A stretch of 64,000 bases of DNA. Source: Thelocarpon superellum (lineage: Eukaryota). How positions within the stretch are numbered: position 1 is the first letter of the stretch; each line of letters starts with the position of its first letter. This document shows positions 22,225 through 35,865 of this stretch, piece after piece. The position numbers and the translations under genes are program-made. Under the pieces are notes generated by a model. That model worked only from the letters and a program-made list of their open reading frames with translations, made no database searches and was not told the DNA's origin. Location: NCBI GenBank assembly GCA_026025795.1, contig JAPEUG010000040.1:1-64000 (forward strand). The letters are read 5' to 3'.

Positions 22225-23980
22225 ATGATCTTACGACACGCCACCCGGTGCTTGGGTCCCAAATCATCATCATGGTCCAAACATGCTGTATACCGCGGCC
22301 GCCGTTGCGCCTTCGCTACCTCCACGTCCACCGCATACTCTCTTGGTGCGCCCTGCCAAGGGGCCCTGACGCCGCTGGGTGGGATCATCAGCGAGCTTGA
22401 TCGCATTGCGCCACGCTTTGACCTGGACGCCTCCCAGATCGAAGTGCTTCAATCGCCGTCGGAGTTCTATGAGACGCTGAAGGTGGAGAAACCTCGGATC
22501 GTGGCAGGGGATGAAGAGGACGGAAGGCTGAACGTACCATAGTTCAAGCTGCAGCATGCGCGAAAGCGAATCTATCTGTCGACCCTGTACATTGGCAAGA
22601 CAGAACATGAACTGGTTAGAACCTGATCAGAACCTGATCTAGTATTCGTGTACGCCCGGTCCTGATGGTGTTAGATCTCCACCATCCGCCACGCGCTGGC
22701 CTCGCAGCCCGGCCTAAGAGTGTCATTTCTCGTCGATGCCCTTCGAGGTACTCGCGAGTCGCCCGAGCCCAGCTGCGCGAGTCTCCTGGCGCCCTTGATC
22801 AGGGAGTTCGGCGCGGACCGTGTAGAGGTGCGGCTGTATCATACGCCAAATCTCACCGGCCTGCGGAAGCGAATCGTCCCAAGGCGGATCAACGAGGGCT
22901 GGGGGCTCCAGCACATGAAGCTTTACGGGGTAGACGATGAGATCATCATCTCTGGGTGCGATTTGCGTGATCGACACAGCGCCAGAAGCTGACGAGAGAT
23001 GCAGAGCCAACCTGTCTACGGACTACTTCACCAATCGGCAAGATCGCTACCACGTCTTTTCATCCGGCAAGATGACGGACTACTTTGCCCGGATTCATGA
23101 CGTCGTGGGAAGCCTTAGCTTCCGTGTCCAGCCAGATCCCGATCCGCTCGGCTCGGGATACACCGTGGAGTGGCCGCCCTCGAATAGCGCCCCGTCACCG
23201 CTGGTCAGTCCAGGCACCTTCATCGAGAGTTCCAGCAAGGTGCTCCGTCCCTTGATACAACCCACGGGTGTGAGCAGAACAGACGCCGCCGCCACGCACG
23301 ACACGATCGTGTACCCGCTCGCGCAACTGACGCCGCTCCTGCGTCCCGATAGCTCTACGGAGCATCGTGGGTTGACGGCCGTCTTGCGGAACCTGTCCAG
23401 CAGTGCTTTTGCGGACTCGCGGTGGATGTTTACGGCTGGCTATTTCAACATCCATCCGACCCTCAAGTCGCTCTTGCTCTCATCCACCTCTACGCACGGG
23501 ACCGTCATCACCGCATCGCCCTGGGCCAACGGCTTCTATGGCTCCCGAGGCGTGTCTGGCATGCTCCCCGCGGCCTACACCCTCTTATCTCGACGATTCC
23601 TCGAAAGCGTGCAGCGAGCCGGACGCGGCTCCCAGATCGAGCTGAAGGAGTGGCGGCGGGGCACCGTGGGCACCCCAGGCGGCTGGACGTATCATGCCAA
23701 AGGTCTCTGGGTGACCCTTCCGCGTGAACAATGGCCTAGCATCACGCTGGTGGGATCGTCCAACTACACCAAGAGGAGCTATTCGTTGGACCTCGAGATG
23801 AACGCGCTAGTCGTGACGACGAACGGAGAGCTGAAGGAAAAGCTGGGCCAGGAGCAGCAGTGGTTGCAAGAATACGCTCGTCCCGTGGGTCTCGATGACT
23901 TTACTAGGGTGGAGAGGAGAGTGGGTCTCCATGTGCGCATCGCCATGTGGATTGTCCGACTTGTTGGGGGAGCGTTGTGA
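22225..23980 (+). CDS. PGS1: CDP-diacylglycerol--glycerol-3-phosphate 3-phosphatidyltransferase
   Basis: LSTLYIG, DALRGTR, NEGWGLQHMKLYGVDDE, ANLSTDYFTNRQDRY, WTYHAKGLW, GSSNYTKRSYSLDLE (PLD-type HxK motifs); 3 introns. Confidence 0.95.
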
Positions 23981-24042
23981 GAAGGCAAGCAAGCCAACCT
24001 TGTCCACGTGTCAATGTACATATCATGCTCCCGCTTGCATGT

Positions 24043-24973
24043 CTAGGAGTTGAAGATCCGCGAATAGAGCAGCTCATGTCGGCCCATCCAGAGATCCAGC
24101 ACAGGTGCTACCTGGGTCGCGTCCTCGACCGGCACGCTCCAGTTCCGCTGAACGGCGCATCGAAGGTCATCCTGCAAGCTTCGCTCGACAAGCACTCCCT
24201 GTGCCTGATAAGGACCCATGACGCTGGCACGCACGGCGGCACTCAGCACGGCCTTGGCGTGGTTGAGCAAGAAGACGTAGGCCGCCTGATGGGTGGTCAG
24301 GCCCATGGCATGGGTCACGACGCCCCACAGCGGCGCGAAGTGAGCCTGAAGAGGTAGCTCTGCGGGTGGATGGCGGATCATTTCACGCAACGTGTCTAGC
24401 GGCGAAGGCAGAGAAAGGGCGGAAGGTCCTATGGCAGAAGCGAGCGACCGTTCCCAGATCGCTAAGAGCGCCTTCCCCTGGGCCGTACTGGCCCGGCGGA
24501 CGACAGGGCAAAGGACCGATGCATCAAGCGCAGCCGTGAGCGAGACGAGCGTGTCTGGTTGCCGATGAGCAGCCAGCACGTATGGCAGAACCGTCGAGGC
24601 GGTCGACGAGAGGGACAAGTGCAAGAACCGATGGAAGGATGTGATCGTGGAAGCGTGGAGCGGCTTCCCACGCTGGTGGGCTAAGAACGACTCCAGACCC
24701 GCGGAGAAGGCAAAGGATCCCAGAGGTAGTGCGGAATCGGACAGGAGTAACAAGGCGTGGGTGTCGTGATGCAAAAGTGGCACTATACACGTTGGTCAGA
24801 CGGACCATCCGCGAAGAGGCTCGAGCATATTGACCCTCAGCTTTGGGACTTTTGATCGGGAAACCATCGAGCGACCGCCTTGACTTCTTTTTCGCATCTT
24901 GCAGTTTCTTCTCCAGCTGGGCAATCTCATCGTCCAGCCCGTCTTGGTCTGTTTCTTCGACCATGGCTTCCAT
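24043..24973 (-). CDS. ureF: Urease accessory protein UreF
   Basis: LLLSDSALPLGSFAFSAGLES, STAQGKALL, AHFAPLWG, SAAVRASVMGPYQAQ, GRHELLYSRIFNS; short first exon with intron about 24786-24835. Confidence 0.93.
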
Positions 24974-25487
24974 CTGAGCTTCCTCGTGGACGCTGCGCCA
25001 TGTAGCCGGAGTCCTTCTCATACGCTCATCGAGACGAACTAGTAGATGAGACTAGCCAATCATCACTTTGGCGTTTCTCACTTGGTCAACATCATTTTAC
25101 GGTGAACCAGTGGTATTGACTGGTCTCGTTCTAGGTAGTAGATGCAGCCGGACGAGTTGGTGGCGGGAGCAGTCGAGGAAACTCCACGTCGCGGCGATGG
25201 TGCGATGTGGGTCCAGCCGGCAACTTCCGGGCCCCATGCCCCACCACTAGCATGGGGCAAATTGGAGCGAGCACGGAAGAGCAAGTGACGGTGACCTGGA
25301 GCAGGTGATACACCCGCGTCTCAGAGAGATAACATCTTATCTAGATCTACCCCCATCCATCTTCACCGGACTCTGCTCATCATATTGAAGATATCGACCT
25401 AGGACACGCTCTCTCTTCCCTGGAGGCTCGTCAGCGTATAGAGCTTCTGGTCCGTAGCTCGCCGGCGGCAAGGGCGGTGGCGGCACG

Positions 25488-26862
25488 ATGGCGGCCGAGC
25501 TCACGACGACGAAGCTCAACGCCGAGAGCCATCTCCTGCTGGTAAGGCGATGGGGATTTCGTTTGAGCGCCAGATACTAAGCTCCGTATAGGACCAGTCG
25601 CTTCTACGCCTCCCACACGAGCTCGTCCGCAAGAACTTCAAGGCCTCACAACGAGCGGTAGAACATACGCGAGATGTCGTGCTTAGCAGTCTGAAGTCGA
25701 CGGCCAACGCCTCGCTGGCCAGCGAGGAGTCCGTTCCACAAACGCTGGCGTCTCTCGACAGCATCATCACGCGGATGCAAGGCTTGAAGCGGAAACTCGA
25801 GGGCTTGCATGAGGAGGAGAAGGCGATCCATAAGAGCTCGAGGCAGCGCATCCAGCATCTCCAAGACCTGTACGACATCCCCAGCTTGGTGGACGTCAAA
25901 TACGACGAGTGGTCGAGGATCCGATTGAATCGCTTGCTCGTCGACTATTTGCTGCGGAGTGGATATGAGAAGAGTGCCAAGGCGCTGGCCAAGGAGAAGG
26001 GCATCGAGGACTTGGTGGACACCGAGGTCTTTGTGCAGTGCAACCGGATCCGCGACAGCTTGAAGAAGGGGAGGACGACGGAGTGTTTGAGCTGGTGCAC
26101 CGACAACAAGCAGGCTTTGCGCAAGTTGAATGTCAGTGAATGGTGCTGCTGCCGTACGGCGAGCGTCACTGACAGCAAGTTTTAGAGCAACCTTGAGTTC
26201 GAGATCCGACTGCAGCAATACATCGAGCTCGTGCGGACGGGCGAGCCCGCCAAGCTATTGGAAGCGACTCAGCACGCGCGGAAACATCTCGCTCCTCACA
26301 AGGATACGCAGTTCCTGGAGATACACCGCGCGGCTGGTCTTCTGGCCTTTACCCCCGATACCCAGGCGGAGCCATACAAGGTTGGTTGATGACAGGGACC
26401 GTTCCCCCCGTCCGTTGCTCACCCACGTTCTAGGCCATGTACTCTCCCGTCCGATGGGAATATCTGTCGCATCTCTTCATCACCACGCACCATAACCTGG
26501 TCTCCCTTCCAGCACGACCGCTTCTCCACATTGCCCTCTCCGCCGGCCTCTCCTCCCTGAAGACGCCGTCATGCCATTCCTCGTTCGCCAGCAGCTCGTC
26601 GAATGCCAACTCGTCGGTGACCTCGGTCTGTCCGATCTGCTCGACGGAACTAAAGGATCTGGCGCGGAATGTGCCATATGCGCACCACACCAAGAGCTAC
26701 GTCGAGACCGACCCCGTCGTTCTGCCCAACGGACGCATCTACGGACGAGAGCGCCTCCTGCAGCTCGGGGCCAAAGTGGGAGTGCCAGACGGGCAAGTCA
26801 AGGATCCGACGACTGGGGAAATCTTCCATCAGTCGACGGTCAGGAAGGTATACATTTCATAG
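25488..26862 (+). CDS. FYV10: GID/CTLH E3 ligase subunit Fyv10/Gid9 (MAEA)
   Basis: MAAELTTTKLNAESHLLL/DQSLLRLPHEL, LisH motif RLLVDYLLRSGY, LHIALSAGLSSLKTPSC, CPICSTEL...VPYAHH, LPNGRIYG; 3 introns. Confidence 0.93.
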
Positions 26863-26950
26863 AGCTTGGCCAATGCACCGCGGATGTCCTTGCTGTCACG
26901 ACCAGGCGTAAAGGGAGCCATTGCAAGGTCTCTATGGGAGGATGCAACGT

Positions 26951-28405
26951 TTAGTCGGAGTCGTCGTCAGAGGAGCTCTCGCCCCTCTTTCTCTTTTTTT
27001 TCGGTTTGGATCGCCTTTCGTGCTTTCTTCGGTCCCCGTCTCCGGTCCCCACTGCCCCTGTGGTGAACGTCCCTCCGTTGGTGCTTTTTCCAAAGACGTA
27101 TGTCCTGGCCAGCCTATCTTCACCCCTCCACGCACTCTTCTTGGTTTGAATGGGGCCGCCGTCAAGGACACTAGCATTATCGTGATCATCACCAATACCA
27201 ACATCATCACTATTGCCATCACTATCAGCATCAGCACGAGCATCCACTCCTTCTACACCGTTCGTATCGGGCGACCGCCTATTGCCTCCACGGTTCGAGA
27301 CCTTCTGGGGGCCAATGTTACCCAAAGTCCGCGCATGGCGATACGCAGGGTAGAGATGTGGGCGGAAGCGAAAGCTCGTTTGGAGGCACAAGTCCATGTT
27401 GACGTGTCGAGCGAGATCACGGATGTTCCAGAGGGTGTAGGGCTCGCCTTCGAAGAGGGTGACGAGAATCTGTCCCGCGGGTGGGGGAGCACGAGCGTGC
27501 AGAGGTCGTTGAACGCCTCTGGAGTGTGAGTACGTCAACGGAGGAAGTGGCGAAGATTGGCGAAGGAGGGGGGCGGCGGCTTTGAAGAATGAAGCCAGTA
27601 GTTCTGTGCGTTGTGATCATCAGTATGCGGAGTAGCTTAGACCGCAAGTACAGAGAACTGCCACCATACCTTGATTATACCGGACCTGGCGATTGACATC
27701 CGTGCTCTTGCCACCGACATGGGGGAAGTTGAAGACGATTTTGTCCCAGCCCGGCTGACGGTTCTGCTTTTCTCTGTCCTTCTCCTCCCCTTTACCACCA
27801 CATTCCTCCTCCTCCTCCTCCTCCTCCTCCTCTTCCTCCTCCTCCTCCTCCTCCTCCTCCTCCTTCACCACAGGTCCTCCCTCCAGCGTGCTTTCCCCAC
27901 GTAACGCCTCCCACCCCCTCCGGGCACCCTTCCCCAACGCAACACCCAACCGGCCCGCATCGATCCCGAAACGCACCACCGCCCCGCTGGACTTCAAGAG
28001 CGCAACATGGCCTCTTGCCTGCGGATACTTGCGATAGAGCTCCTCCTCCCCGTCCAGACACGTCGCCAGGACTTGTCTGCACCCGTGGCTTTGCACCAGT
28101 GCGCAAGCGAACGAGAAGTCGCCTTCGCCTACGAGCAGGATTGTGTCGTTTCGCTTAAAGGGAGGACGGGGACGGGTAGAGGTTGGAGGAGGGTGCAGTG
28201 TGCTCGGGGGTTGCTGCTGCTCGACGAGCGGAATCATGTTCGGATTGACGCTGGGGGCGACGCTGCCCTTGAGCTTGTGCTTGTCTCTGGCGGTGCTGAG
28301 TTCCGCTTTTCTCCCTGCATGCTGGCCGTGCTTGCCCCGCCGTTTGGAGTGAGATTGGGAATGGGACTGAGAAACGGCTTTCTGGTTGCGTTTCGGCCGC
28401 GCCAT
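26951..28405 (-). CDS. BMT5: 25S rRNA uracil-N3 methyltransferase (DUF2431/Bmt5-like)
   Basis: ILLVGEGDFSFA, IVFNFPHVGGKSTDVNRQVRYNQ/ELLASFF, VTLFEGEPYTLWNIRDLAR, YPAYRHARTLG; one intron about 27603-27669. Confidence 0.9.
27803..27864. repeat. (GAG)n/(CTC)n coding microsatellite (poly-Glu, about 20 residues)
   Basis: Run of CCT triplets inside the BMT5-like exon. Confidence 0.95.
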
Positions 28406-28535
28406 GGCTAGATAGACGTACGGTGGGTGTATCGTTGACGATCCGGAGGGGATGCTTCGGTCGAGTGCATGGTTCTTCTTCTGCTGCAGTTGCGTGAGGT
28501 CGGAGGCGAGTGGTGGAGGCGCTGAGCTCGCATAC

Positions 28536-28571
28536 GGCTGGCTGGCTAGCTGGCTGGCTGGCTGGCTGGCT
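28536..28571. repeat. (GGCT)n tetranucleotide microsatellite
   Basis: GGCTGGCTGGCTAGCTGGCTGGCTGGCTGGCTGGCT upstream of the BMT5-like ATG. Confidence 0.85.
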
Positions 28572-29158
28572 GTCAGTCGTCGAGTCAATCTTGGTGTTGA
28601 GGTCGGCTCGCTCGCATCCGACGCTGCGTGCTTGCCCATGCTAATCTGGATGGATGGATGGATGGTCTCCACCCCCCAACCCGTCCACATTCATATCTCT
28701 CTCTCACTTTGTGGGATCAAGGCGGAATGAACTGACTCCTCTTCATCACTCGGAAAAGGTCTCGTCCGATCCGTCTTTACAAATCCTGGCCTTCTCATTC
28801 TCCGTACTCGACCCTACCACCCTATTTCCTCCCCCAGCCCGAAATTATCTATGGTACAGACCAGTGGATGTTACCCAATCCACATAAGGATTCCACAACA
28901 GGAAGATACCCAACCACCGGGGCGAAAGTATCAATCCTCTCTCTTGCGCTCGTCGAAGGATCAGGGATCTGGACAGCGATACATCCCCGAATGGTGAAGA
29001 ACCAGGAACCAGCCATGACGAAAACTCGCCCTAGAGAAGAAGGGAGGAGGCGGTCGCCCGAATGGACGCCGGTGAGAAGATGACTCAACCGAGCCACGTA
29101 ACGTACAGCGGGGATAAACAGGCGCTGGTACTTTGACCGGTCATCTGGCATGTGTCAC

Positions 29159-31704
29159 TCAGAGGTGAACGGTCATGACGTCTCCGATCCCAAAGGCCTT
29201 GCTGCAATGGGGGCATTTCCTCGACCGGGAGCCGACCCGCTCTTCGATGCATTCCTTGCAGAAGAGGTGGCCACACAGCTTGAGGGCTGTGTTCTTGAAC
29301 CGCGCTTTGCACACGTTGCAGAGGGCGAGGGTCTAACGATGGTCAGCAGGGTACACGCGACCGCGAAAGGACGGGGGAGCGGCTCCACGTACGCGAAGCA
29401 TCTCAAACTCCTCGGATTGGTTGCCCGCCGCTTGGAGTTGGAGGTCTCGCACTCTCTTCTCCGCGAGCTCCAGCCGTGCCCGTTGTTGCTCTGCCTTGGT
29501 CTCGGCCACCCGTCGGGCCTTGGAGGCTTGGCTCGTGGCCGCGTCACGCTCCTTCAGCGCGTTGCTCAGTTCCACGTTCTGGCCCTTGAGACCCTCCGTC
29601 GTGATGGTGCCGCGGGTGACCTGTTGCTGCAATGTGGTGTTCTGTGTCGTCAAAGATCGCAAAGCTTCCTTGGTCTCGGCCAGCTGGCGTTCGAGGTTTG
29701 TGATGAGCGACCGCGTCGACTTGTCCACGTCTTTGAGCTGCGCGATAATCTCCGCGCTCTTGGCATTCTGCGCCTTGGACGATCGCACCTCCGCCTCTCG
29801 TGCTTCCTTGAGCTTCATCGTGGCAAAGTACTTCTGGTCCGCCTTGGCCTTCTCCGCTTGCAATCGTACCACCTTCTCCTCCACTGCCGCCGTGTCCAGC
29901 ACCTTCTTGGACGCCAGCGCCGATGCCTTCTTCCACGCCGCGCCCATCGAGGGAAGTTCGTTGCTGAGCAGCGTGTGCTCCTGCTCCAGGTTCGCGTACC
30001 GGACCCGGAGATCCTCAACGCTCAGCCCGTCGATGTCAGGCCGAGGCGTCGTGTCCGACGGAGCCTGGCCAGCTTGGATGCGCAGCCGCTCGACTTCCGA
30101 CTCGAGCGCCTTGATCCGCTCCTCGCGAGCCGACGCCAGTTCTTTGATCTGCTGGTGTGACGCACCCTCCTGGTCGTGCTTCGCCTTCGTGATGGCGGCC
30201 GCCGCGCCGAGCTCGTCCCGTGCCGTGCGAATGCGGGCCAAATCCGTCTCCGCCCGGGCGAGCTGCGCCTCAAGATCACGAACGGGCCTTTGCACCTCCG
30301 CCTCCATCTGCGCCCGGTAGGCCGTCCGTTCCGCGTGTAATTTCTCCGCCTCTTCACGCAGCTGAACATTCGTCGCCTCCAACCCATTCACCCGCTTGAT
30401 CACGTCTTCATATTGCGACTTGAGATGCTTGAACAGGTCCGAGCGGGCGTAGTCATCGTCGGTCAAGTTCGATAGCTGCACACCCATCAGAAGATGCATC
30501 GTCAGAGGAGAGTCAGACCGCGTCATCGTCTCACCTTGACCGTCAACTTCGTCACCTGTCCCACGAGATCCTCATTCTCCATCTCGAGTTTCCCCAGCTG
30601 CTCTTTCTGCTTTTCCGTCACCGCGAGCGCCTCGCGTCGACCGATTTCCGCTTGACAACTGGCCTCGGTGTGTGTGGCGGCACCATTCACCCCATCGCCC
30701 GCCTCTTTCTTGATGGCGTTGTCCCCTCCACCGCTGATCCCACTTCCCGCCTCGTTTCCGCCGCCAACCAAGGCCTGACGCTCGAGCTTGGCGACGGCAG
30801 CACTCTTGGCCCGATCGAGCTTCTTCTCGGCCATCATGTAGCGTAACGAGGCAGTCTCCACTCGCTCTTCCAACTGATCTCGCTCTGCACGTACTCGATC
30901 CAGCTCCGTCCGGTGAGTCTTGTCCGTCGCCAGGAGGGCGGAGACACGCTTTTGGAGCTCGGCGACCTCGGGATTCGACGACATGGGAAGCTGCGTAAAG
31001 ATCTGGGAGAGGGTGGTCTTGATGCGCTGTGCCTCGGACTGCAGATGTTCCTGAAAGAGGTCATTGCTGCTGGTAAGAAGGGCCGATGGAAGGGTGCAAG
31101 CGTCTGTGCATCTCGTCAGTATGTCGTGGGAATGCCTGGGAGAGGGAGTTGGCGGACCTCCGTTGGTGCGTCCGGCCCCGACATCGCCGATCTGCCCTAT
31201 CAAGATCTTGACTTCGTCCAAGAGCTGCACCAATCATGTCAGCGGGGGTTGCGAGCCAGCCACGCATGCCGTGCATCCACGCACCTGTCGCCACCAGGCA
31301 TCGACCACACGGAGATGGTCATCGTGATACGTGGCGCGCTTGACCATCTCTGCCAGACGAGACTCCAAGTTATTCCGCTCACGCTTGTACTCTTGCATCT
31401 GTCGGTAGATGGCATCTTTCTGGAAGCGCTGTGGTGCGATAAGAGGTCAGAAGGTTGGAGACGACAATGCAAAGGACGCAAAGCACGCAAAGGAATGCCG
31501 CCGTAGACAGTCACCCGCTTCGCTTCATGGTTGGGTAAGAATGCGTCCGAGGCGGCGTGGACGTACCTCGAGATCATCTTTCCACGGCATCTCGGCGTCG
31601 CGCTCGGCCTTGGAGGCTCCGTTTACAGAGCTAGCATGACGCTTGAGGGGGGGCGCGGCCGCGTCATCGTGGTTGTGAGTGGCCGGTCTCTTCCGATCTT
31701 CCAT
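29159..31704 (-). CDS. BRE1: E3 ubiquitin ligase Bre1
   Basis: MEDRKR, FQKDAIYRQMQEYKRE, long coiled coil, EKAKADQKYFATMK, C-terminal RING CNVC...CGHLFC...C...RKCPHC. Alternative ATG at 31758. Confidence 0.95.
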
Positions 31705-32275
31705 CTTGACAAGGCCAGGTGGAAGAAGGGAGACGGGAGGCGAGTCGACGAGCCTCATCAGGTCCCGAGGTTCGTCCGGTCACCGGGCCGACCAACCAGA
31801 CCGCACTCGTCTCCGAGGCAAACCAGGGTAGTGCGTCTAGGCGAACGCGAAGCGCGGTGAATGAGGTGGTTGAGGCATGGGCATAGGTGGAGAGATGAAG
31901 TGAATGCTGGCTTAGGAGGTTATCGAGATTGAGGAGCGGCAGGATCCCCCGAGGTTTTTTGACATTCGCTTGGCCTGACGAGTTAGGGAGGCCAGAAGTA
32001 TCTTTCTGCCAACGACACGTACGAACGGTACCAGGCTCGAGAAGGGTAAGAATCACGTGATCAGAATTCACAATCAACGCCCCACCAAGAAGCTCGAGTG
32101 AGGCAAAGAGTCACGACCCCCCGAGCGACTAGGCTGATCAAGCTCTTGCGCCTACCATGTCTCTGTACTCCCAACGGGCCCATTTTTCACCGAACCAGCG
32201 AGCCACCTCTTCTTGACAGTCCTTGACAGCGCCTACGGGAGGGTTTGAGGACGTGGAACGAAAAAGATCGACGAG

Positions 32276-34242
32276 ATGTCGACGTTTGGGAGCTCCGTGA
32301 TCAGTGAGTCCAGGAGGCTTCAATAAATGGGCTCCTCCGTCAAGATCGGGTCTGACAGTCTCTAGACAAGTCCAGCAAGAAGATTGCTCCCAAAGCCGCG
32401 GCACCACGTCGTCGTCCGGCGGTACCTGCAACGGTCGAACGGGCCTCTTCGTCACGAACCACTACCCCCCCTCCGGCGCTGAACGGCCCTTCTCTTGCAT
32501 CGCTCGCGGCCGCGGCCTCAGCCGCCAGTGAGACCGCTGGCGCCGAAAGTCACACGGTTCCCGTGGTAGTGATCGAAGAGGCAGATCCTACACCAGCCTC
32601 GAACGCTGTGCCTATTGAGAGCCCGCCTACTCCGTTGAATCAGGAGCCATCGAAGACCGGCAATTCGAATCGACCATCGGTCGGGCAGCAGTCAGCTGGC
32701 CGACGTGATGGCCCACGCACGCGTGCCACCGCCCATGCGGCGAGCGGGACAAGTTCTGAGAGTGAGGTCCAGGGAGATGGGCCACTGCCAGCGACCGAGC
32801 CGATCGACGTAGTCTTATCGACGGAGCCTCCAACCAAGCGACGTCGTGTCGCCCCTCCACCGGATCCATCACATCCTACCAGCACAGGTGCACAATCGAC
32901 AGGTGCGGGAGGACCTCCATCAACGCGTACGCGGGGCGGACGGTTCCACGCCCCTGTGGCCACGGTCACCTTTGAGGCGCATGCACCATCCGTCGAAACC
33001 ACTCCGGCCGTGATGAGCCGGCAAGCTGAGCCGGAGGCTGGGCCATCGACGCTGACGTCGCAGCCCAAGCGTAAGACCAAGGCAAAGGCTAAAGGCAAGG
33101 GTAAAGCTGTGGCCGTCCCGGAGCCGACGTCTGTTGGTATGAACGTCGCGCCCGCGACGGATCCTGCTCCTACGACGCCCGTCCGCCGTCGCCGGAAGCG
33201 CCGAGAGCCCACACCCGAGAATGCGGAGACGGTGGAGATTGCGCCCGGACTAGTGAAGATGGCAGATCTCTGCCGCGATCTACGGACGGGAAAGAAATCA
33301 AAGCGCGAAGAAGAATTGCAGGCGCTGGACTGGACTGCTGTCATCCGCCGACAGCGTGAACGGAAGGCGCGGCGCGAACGGGGCGAGCTTCCTCCCAGCG
33401 AGTCGGTTGATCAGATGTTGGCACGCGTCGAACGCGAGCAAGCCCCCGTGCGCCAGTCCTTGGCCGCGCCGCAGATGCGAGTGGTCAACGGCAAGATCGT
33501 GGTGGATGGCCAGTCGCTGCAGGTGGACCGGCACGCGCGAGCGGCCGAGGCGACGCAGGAGATGGAGGAGATTGTCGAGAATGATCTAACGCGCCGCGTC
33601 ACCTCGGGCTCGTGGATGAAGCGGGCCAAGAAGGAGCCATGGGACGAGGAAGCGACGGCGCTCTTCTATCAGGGCTTGCGCATGTTTGGTACCGATTTCC
33701 AAATCATCAGTCGCATGGTGCCCGGCAAGAGCCGACGGCACATCAAGAACAAGTTCGTCAAAGAGGAGCGCCTTCGACCCGAACGTATCAACGAGGCCCT
33801 TACGGGGCCCAAGGCGCCGATGGATCTGGAAGAATATTCGCGACGCACGCAGACGCAATACGACGAAGTGGCCACCTTCGATGCCGAATTGGCGGCCGAG
33901 GCGGCACAGCATGCGGCCGCAGAGGCGCGACTAGAGGCGGAGGCGCAAGCCTCACAACGCGAGCAGCGCGCCGAGGTCGACAACGCCATTCCCAGCATCG
34001 AGAACGGCGGGGTGGGAATCGTGACGGGCGGGGCGTCATCGGCCAAGGAGAACGAGGTGCCGGGGCCCAGTGCCGCGGGCAAAAAGAAACCCGCGTCGCG
34101 CAAGCCAGCGGCGGCGACGGCGATATCGCGCAAGAAGAAGGCGAAGCCGAAGCCTCAGAGCCGCCATGACGGTGGGGAGCAGATCGAGGTACTGGGGACC
34201 ATTGAAGACGTGCAGGTAGAGCGGGCTGCGGCCCAGGCCTAA
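32276..34242 (+). CDS. BDP1: TFIIIB subunit B'' (Bdp1)
   Basis: MSTFGSSVI/NKSSKKIAPK (intron 32304-32365), VKMADLCRDLRTGKKS, PQMRVVNGKIVVD, SANT domain WDEEATALFYQGLRMFGTDFQII...IKNKFVKEER. Confidence 0.93.
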
Positions 34243-34323
34243 TCATGTGCCGCAGCACCTACCTAGATACTGAAACCTAGCTTCAAGTGACCATCCTCCA
34301 ACGGTTTTGCTCGATGACATCGG

Positions 34324-35375
34324 CTAGCGTCGCCTCGTCGACCCGAAACCCGTACTCTCATACCGAGAAGACGAGGCCGAAGAAGACCCGACACTACCAG
34401 CACCGTAAGCGCTGGACCCGCCGCCTCCCCATTGGTCATCCTCTTCAAATCTCGCGAGTGGTGACCGGCGACGCGGTCGTGCACTGTTACCCGCAACGTA
34501 GGTCGCTGCGGCTCCTCCAAGAAGCCCCGTCCAAAAGCCCGGGCGCCAACCCTCTTGACCTGGGCCAGACACGCTTGACGGTCGAGCGGAGGGTTTCCGT
34601 CGTGGTTGGTAGTCGTAGGGAGGCGGAGGATCGTCATTGCCGCGACCACCTCCCCCTCCTCCACCGCCGCCGCCCCATCCCCATGGATTGTTCCATTCAG
34701 GACGCCGGAGTCTTCCGCGCCCTCCCGCGAAGAAGGCGGAGTAGATGATCCATCCGAGAACCGCGATCAAAAGCCCCCAGAAAATGACGCTGCTGAGATC
34801 GATCTGACGATGACCCCTGAAGTTCTGCCAGAGATTGGACCCCCCTCGGCCGTACTTCTCCTTTCCTTGGTCCGTCAGCACGAGACGATACTCCACGCCA
34901 CAGCTTCCTTTAAGGACGTATGGATCTTCAGGAGAGTCGTAGCCCTCGCAGATGACGTCGGTAGCACCGAGCTTGAACTCCGATGGAAGGGACGCGGTGC
35001 AGGTCCATTGGACGCTGTGGCACATGAGCATGTGCCCGGTCAGGCAAAGAAGCAAGACTCACTTGTCATCGTCATAGTCGGCCCCTTGGTTAACACACCG
35101 CATGACATCGACCTCATGAAGCCCCTTTCCATTGCCTCCAATGCATTTGAGCTGCCGAAACGGTCAGTGATGGTAACACCATGACAACGTATCAGGTGAC
35201 GTACTTGTGGGATAGCGGAGATTCTTCGGTGCGAAGTCACGGCATCTTTCCGGAGCGTCAAGGTCTTCACCTTGGAGAGCAGTACGCCATTGCTCGGCCG
35301 TCGTGCTGCCTGACCGATCACACCAAGGGCTTCCAGCATTAGAAGAGGAGGATACAGCACATCCGTGTACCGCAT
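34324..35375 (-). CDS. SARAF/DUF1183 family membrane protein
   Basis: Signal peptide, VLLSKVKTLTL, VQWTCTASLPSEFKLGATDVICEGYDSPEDPYVLKGSCGVEYRL, TM helix, PGFWTG, STGFGSTRRR; 2 introns. Confidence 0.9.
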
Positions 35376-35865
35376 GATGTGTGGTAGAGCAGACGGGGAT
35401 GATGACTATTCCTTGGACGATGTTGGCATGATCAAGACGTCAGGATTTTACATCTCCTCCATCGAGCCAGTACTGTCAAGAGCATCGGGAGTATTCATGG
35501 CCTGTGTGGGCAAGAAGACAAGTGTTCTGTTTGCCAAATTTACGCCAGGCATCAAAGCTTCCTAGCTTCAGGACCTGAAGGCGGGGCCGGTTGATGCCTG
35601 ACACTTGGAACCTTAAGCTTGATGCCTGGCGCTGTACTGCTACGAGGTGTGAGAGTACTCCGTAGAGTCTGTATCGCCGGCAGCGAACTCCGCCAATCAC
35701 CGACCCGCGGGGCCTACGAGGTTGGTCACAGGTAGCTAAGTCACGGCACTAGCCCGCCAAAGATCGCGTTACGACGCTATCCTTGTGTGATTGACGGATT
35801 GTCCTAGCTCTCGTGAGATAGCTGCCGTAGTCCGCCATCACCATCAGCAACAGGTAGAGCTCGCC

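Noticed and set aside
2643..24973. NAS plus UreF as a nickel/urease gene cluster
   Set aside because: They are 20 kb apart with unrelated housekeeping genes between, and no urease or nickel transporter is in the window.
29150..30320. Long + strand ORFs (336 aa, 299 aa)
   Set aside because: Antisense shadows of the GC-rich BRE1 coding sequence.
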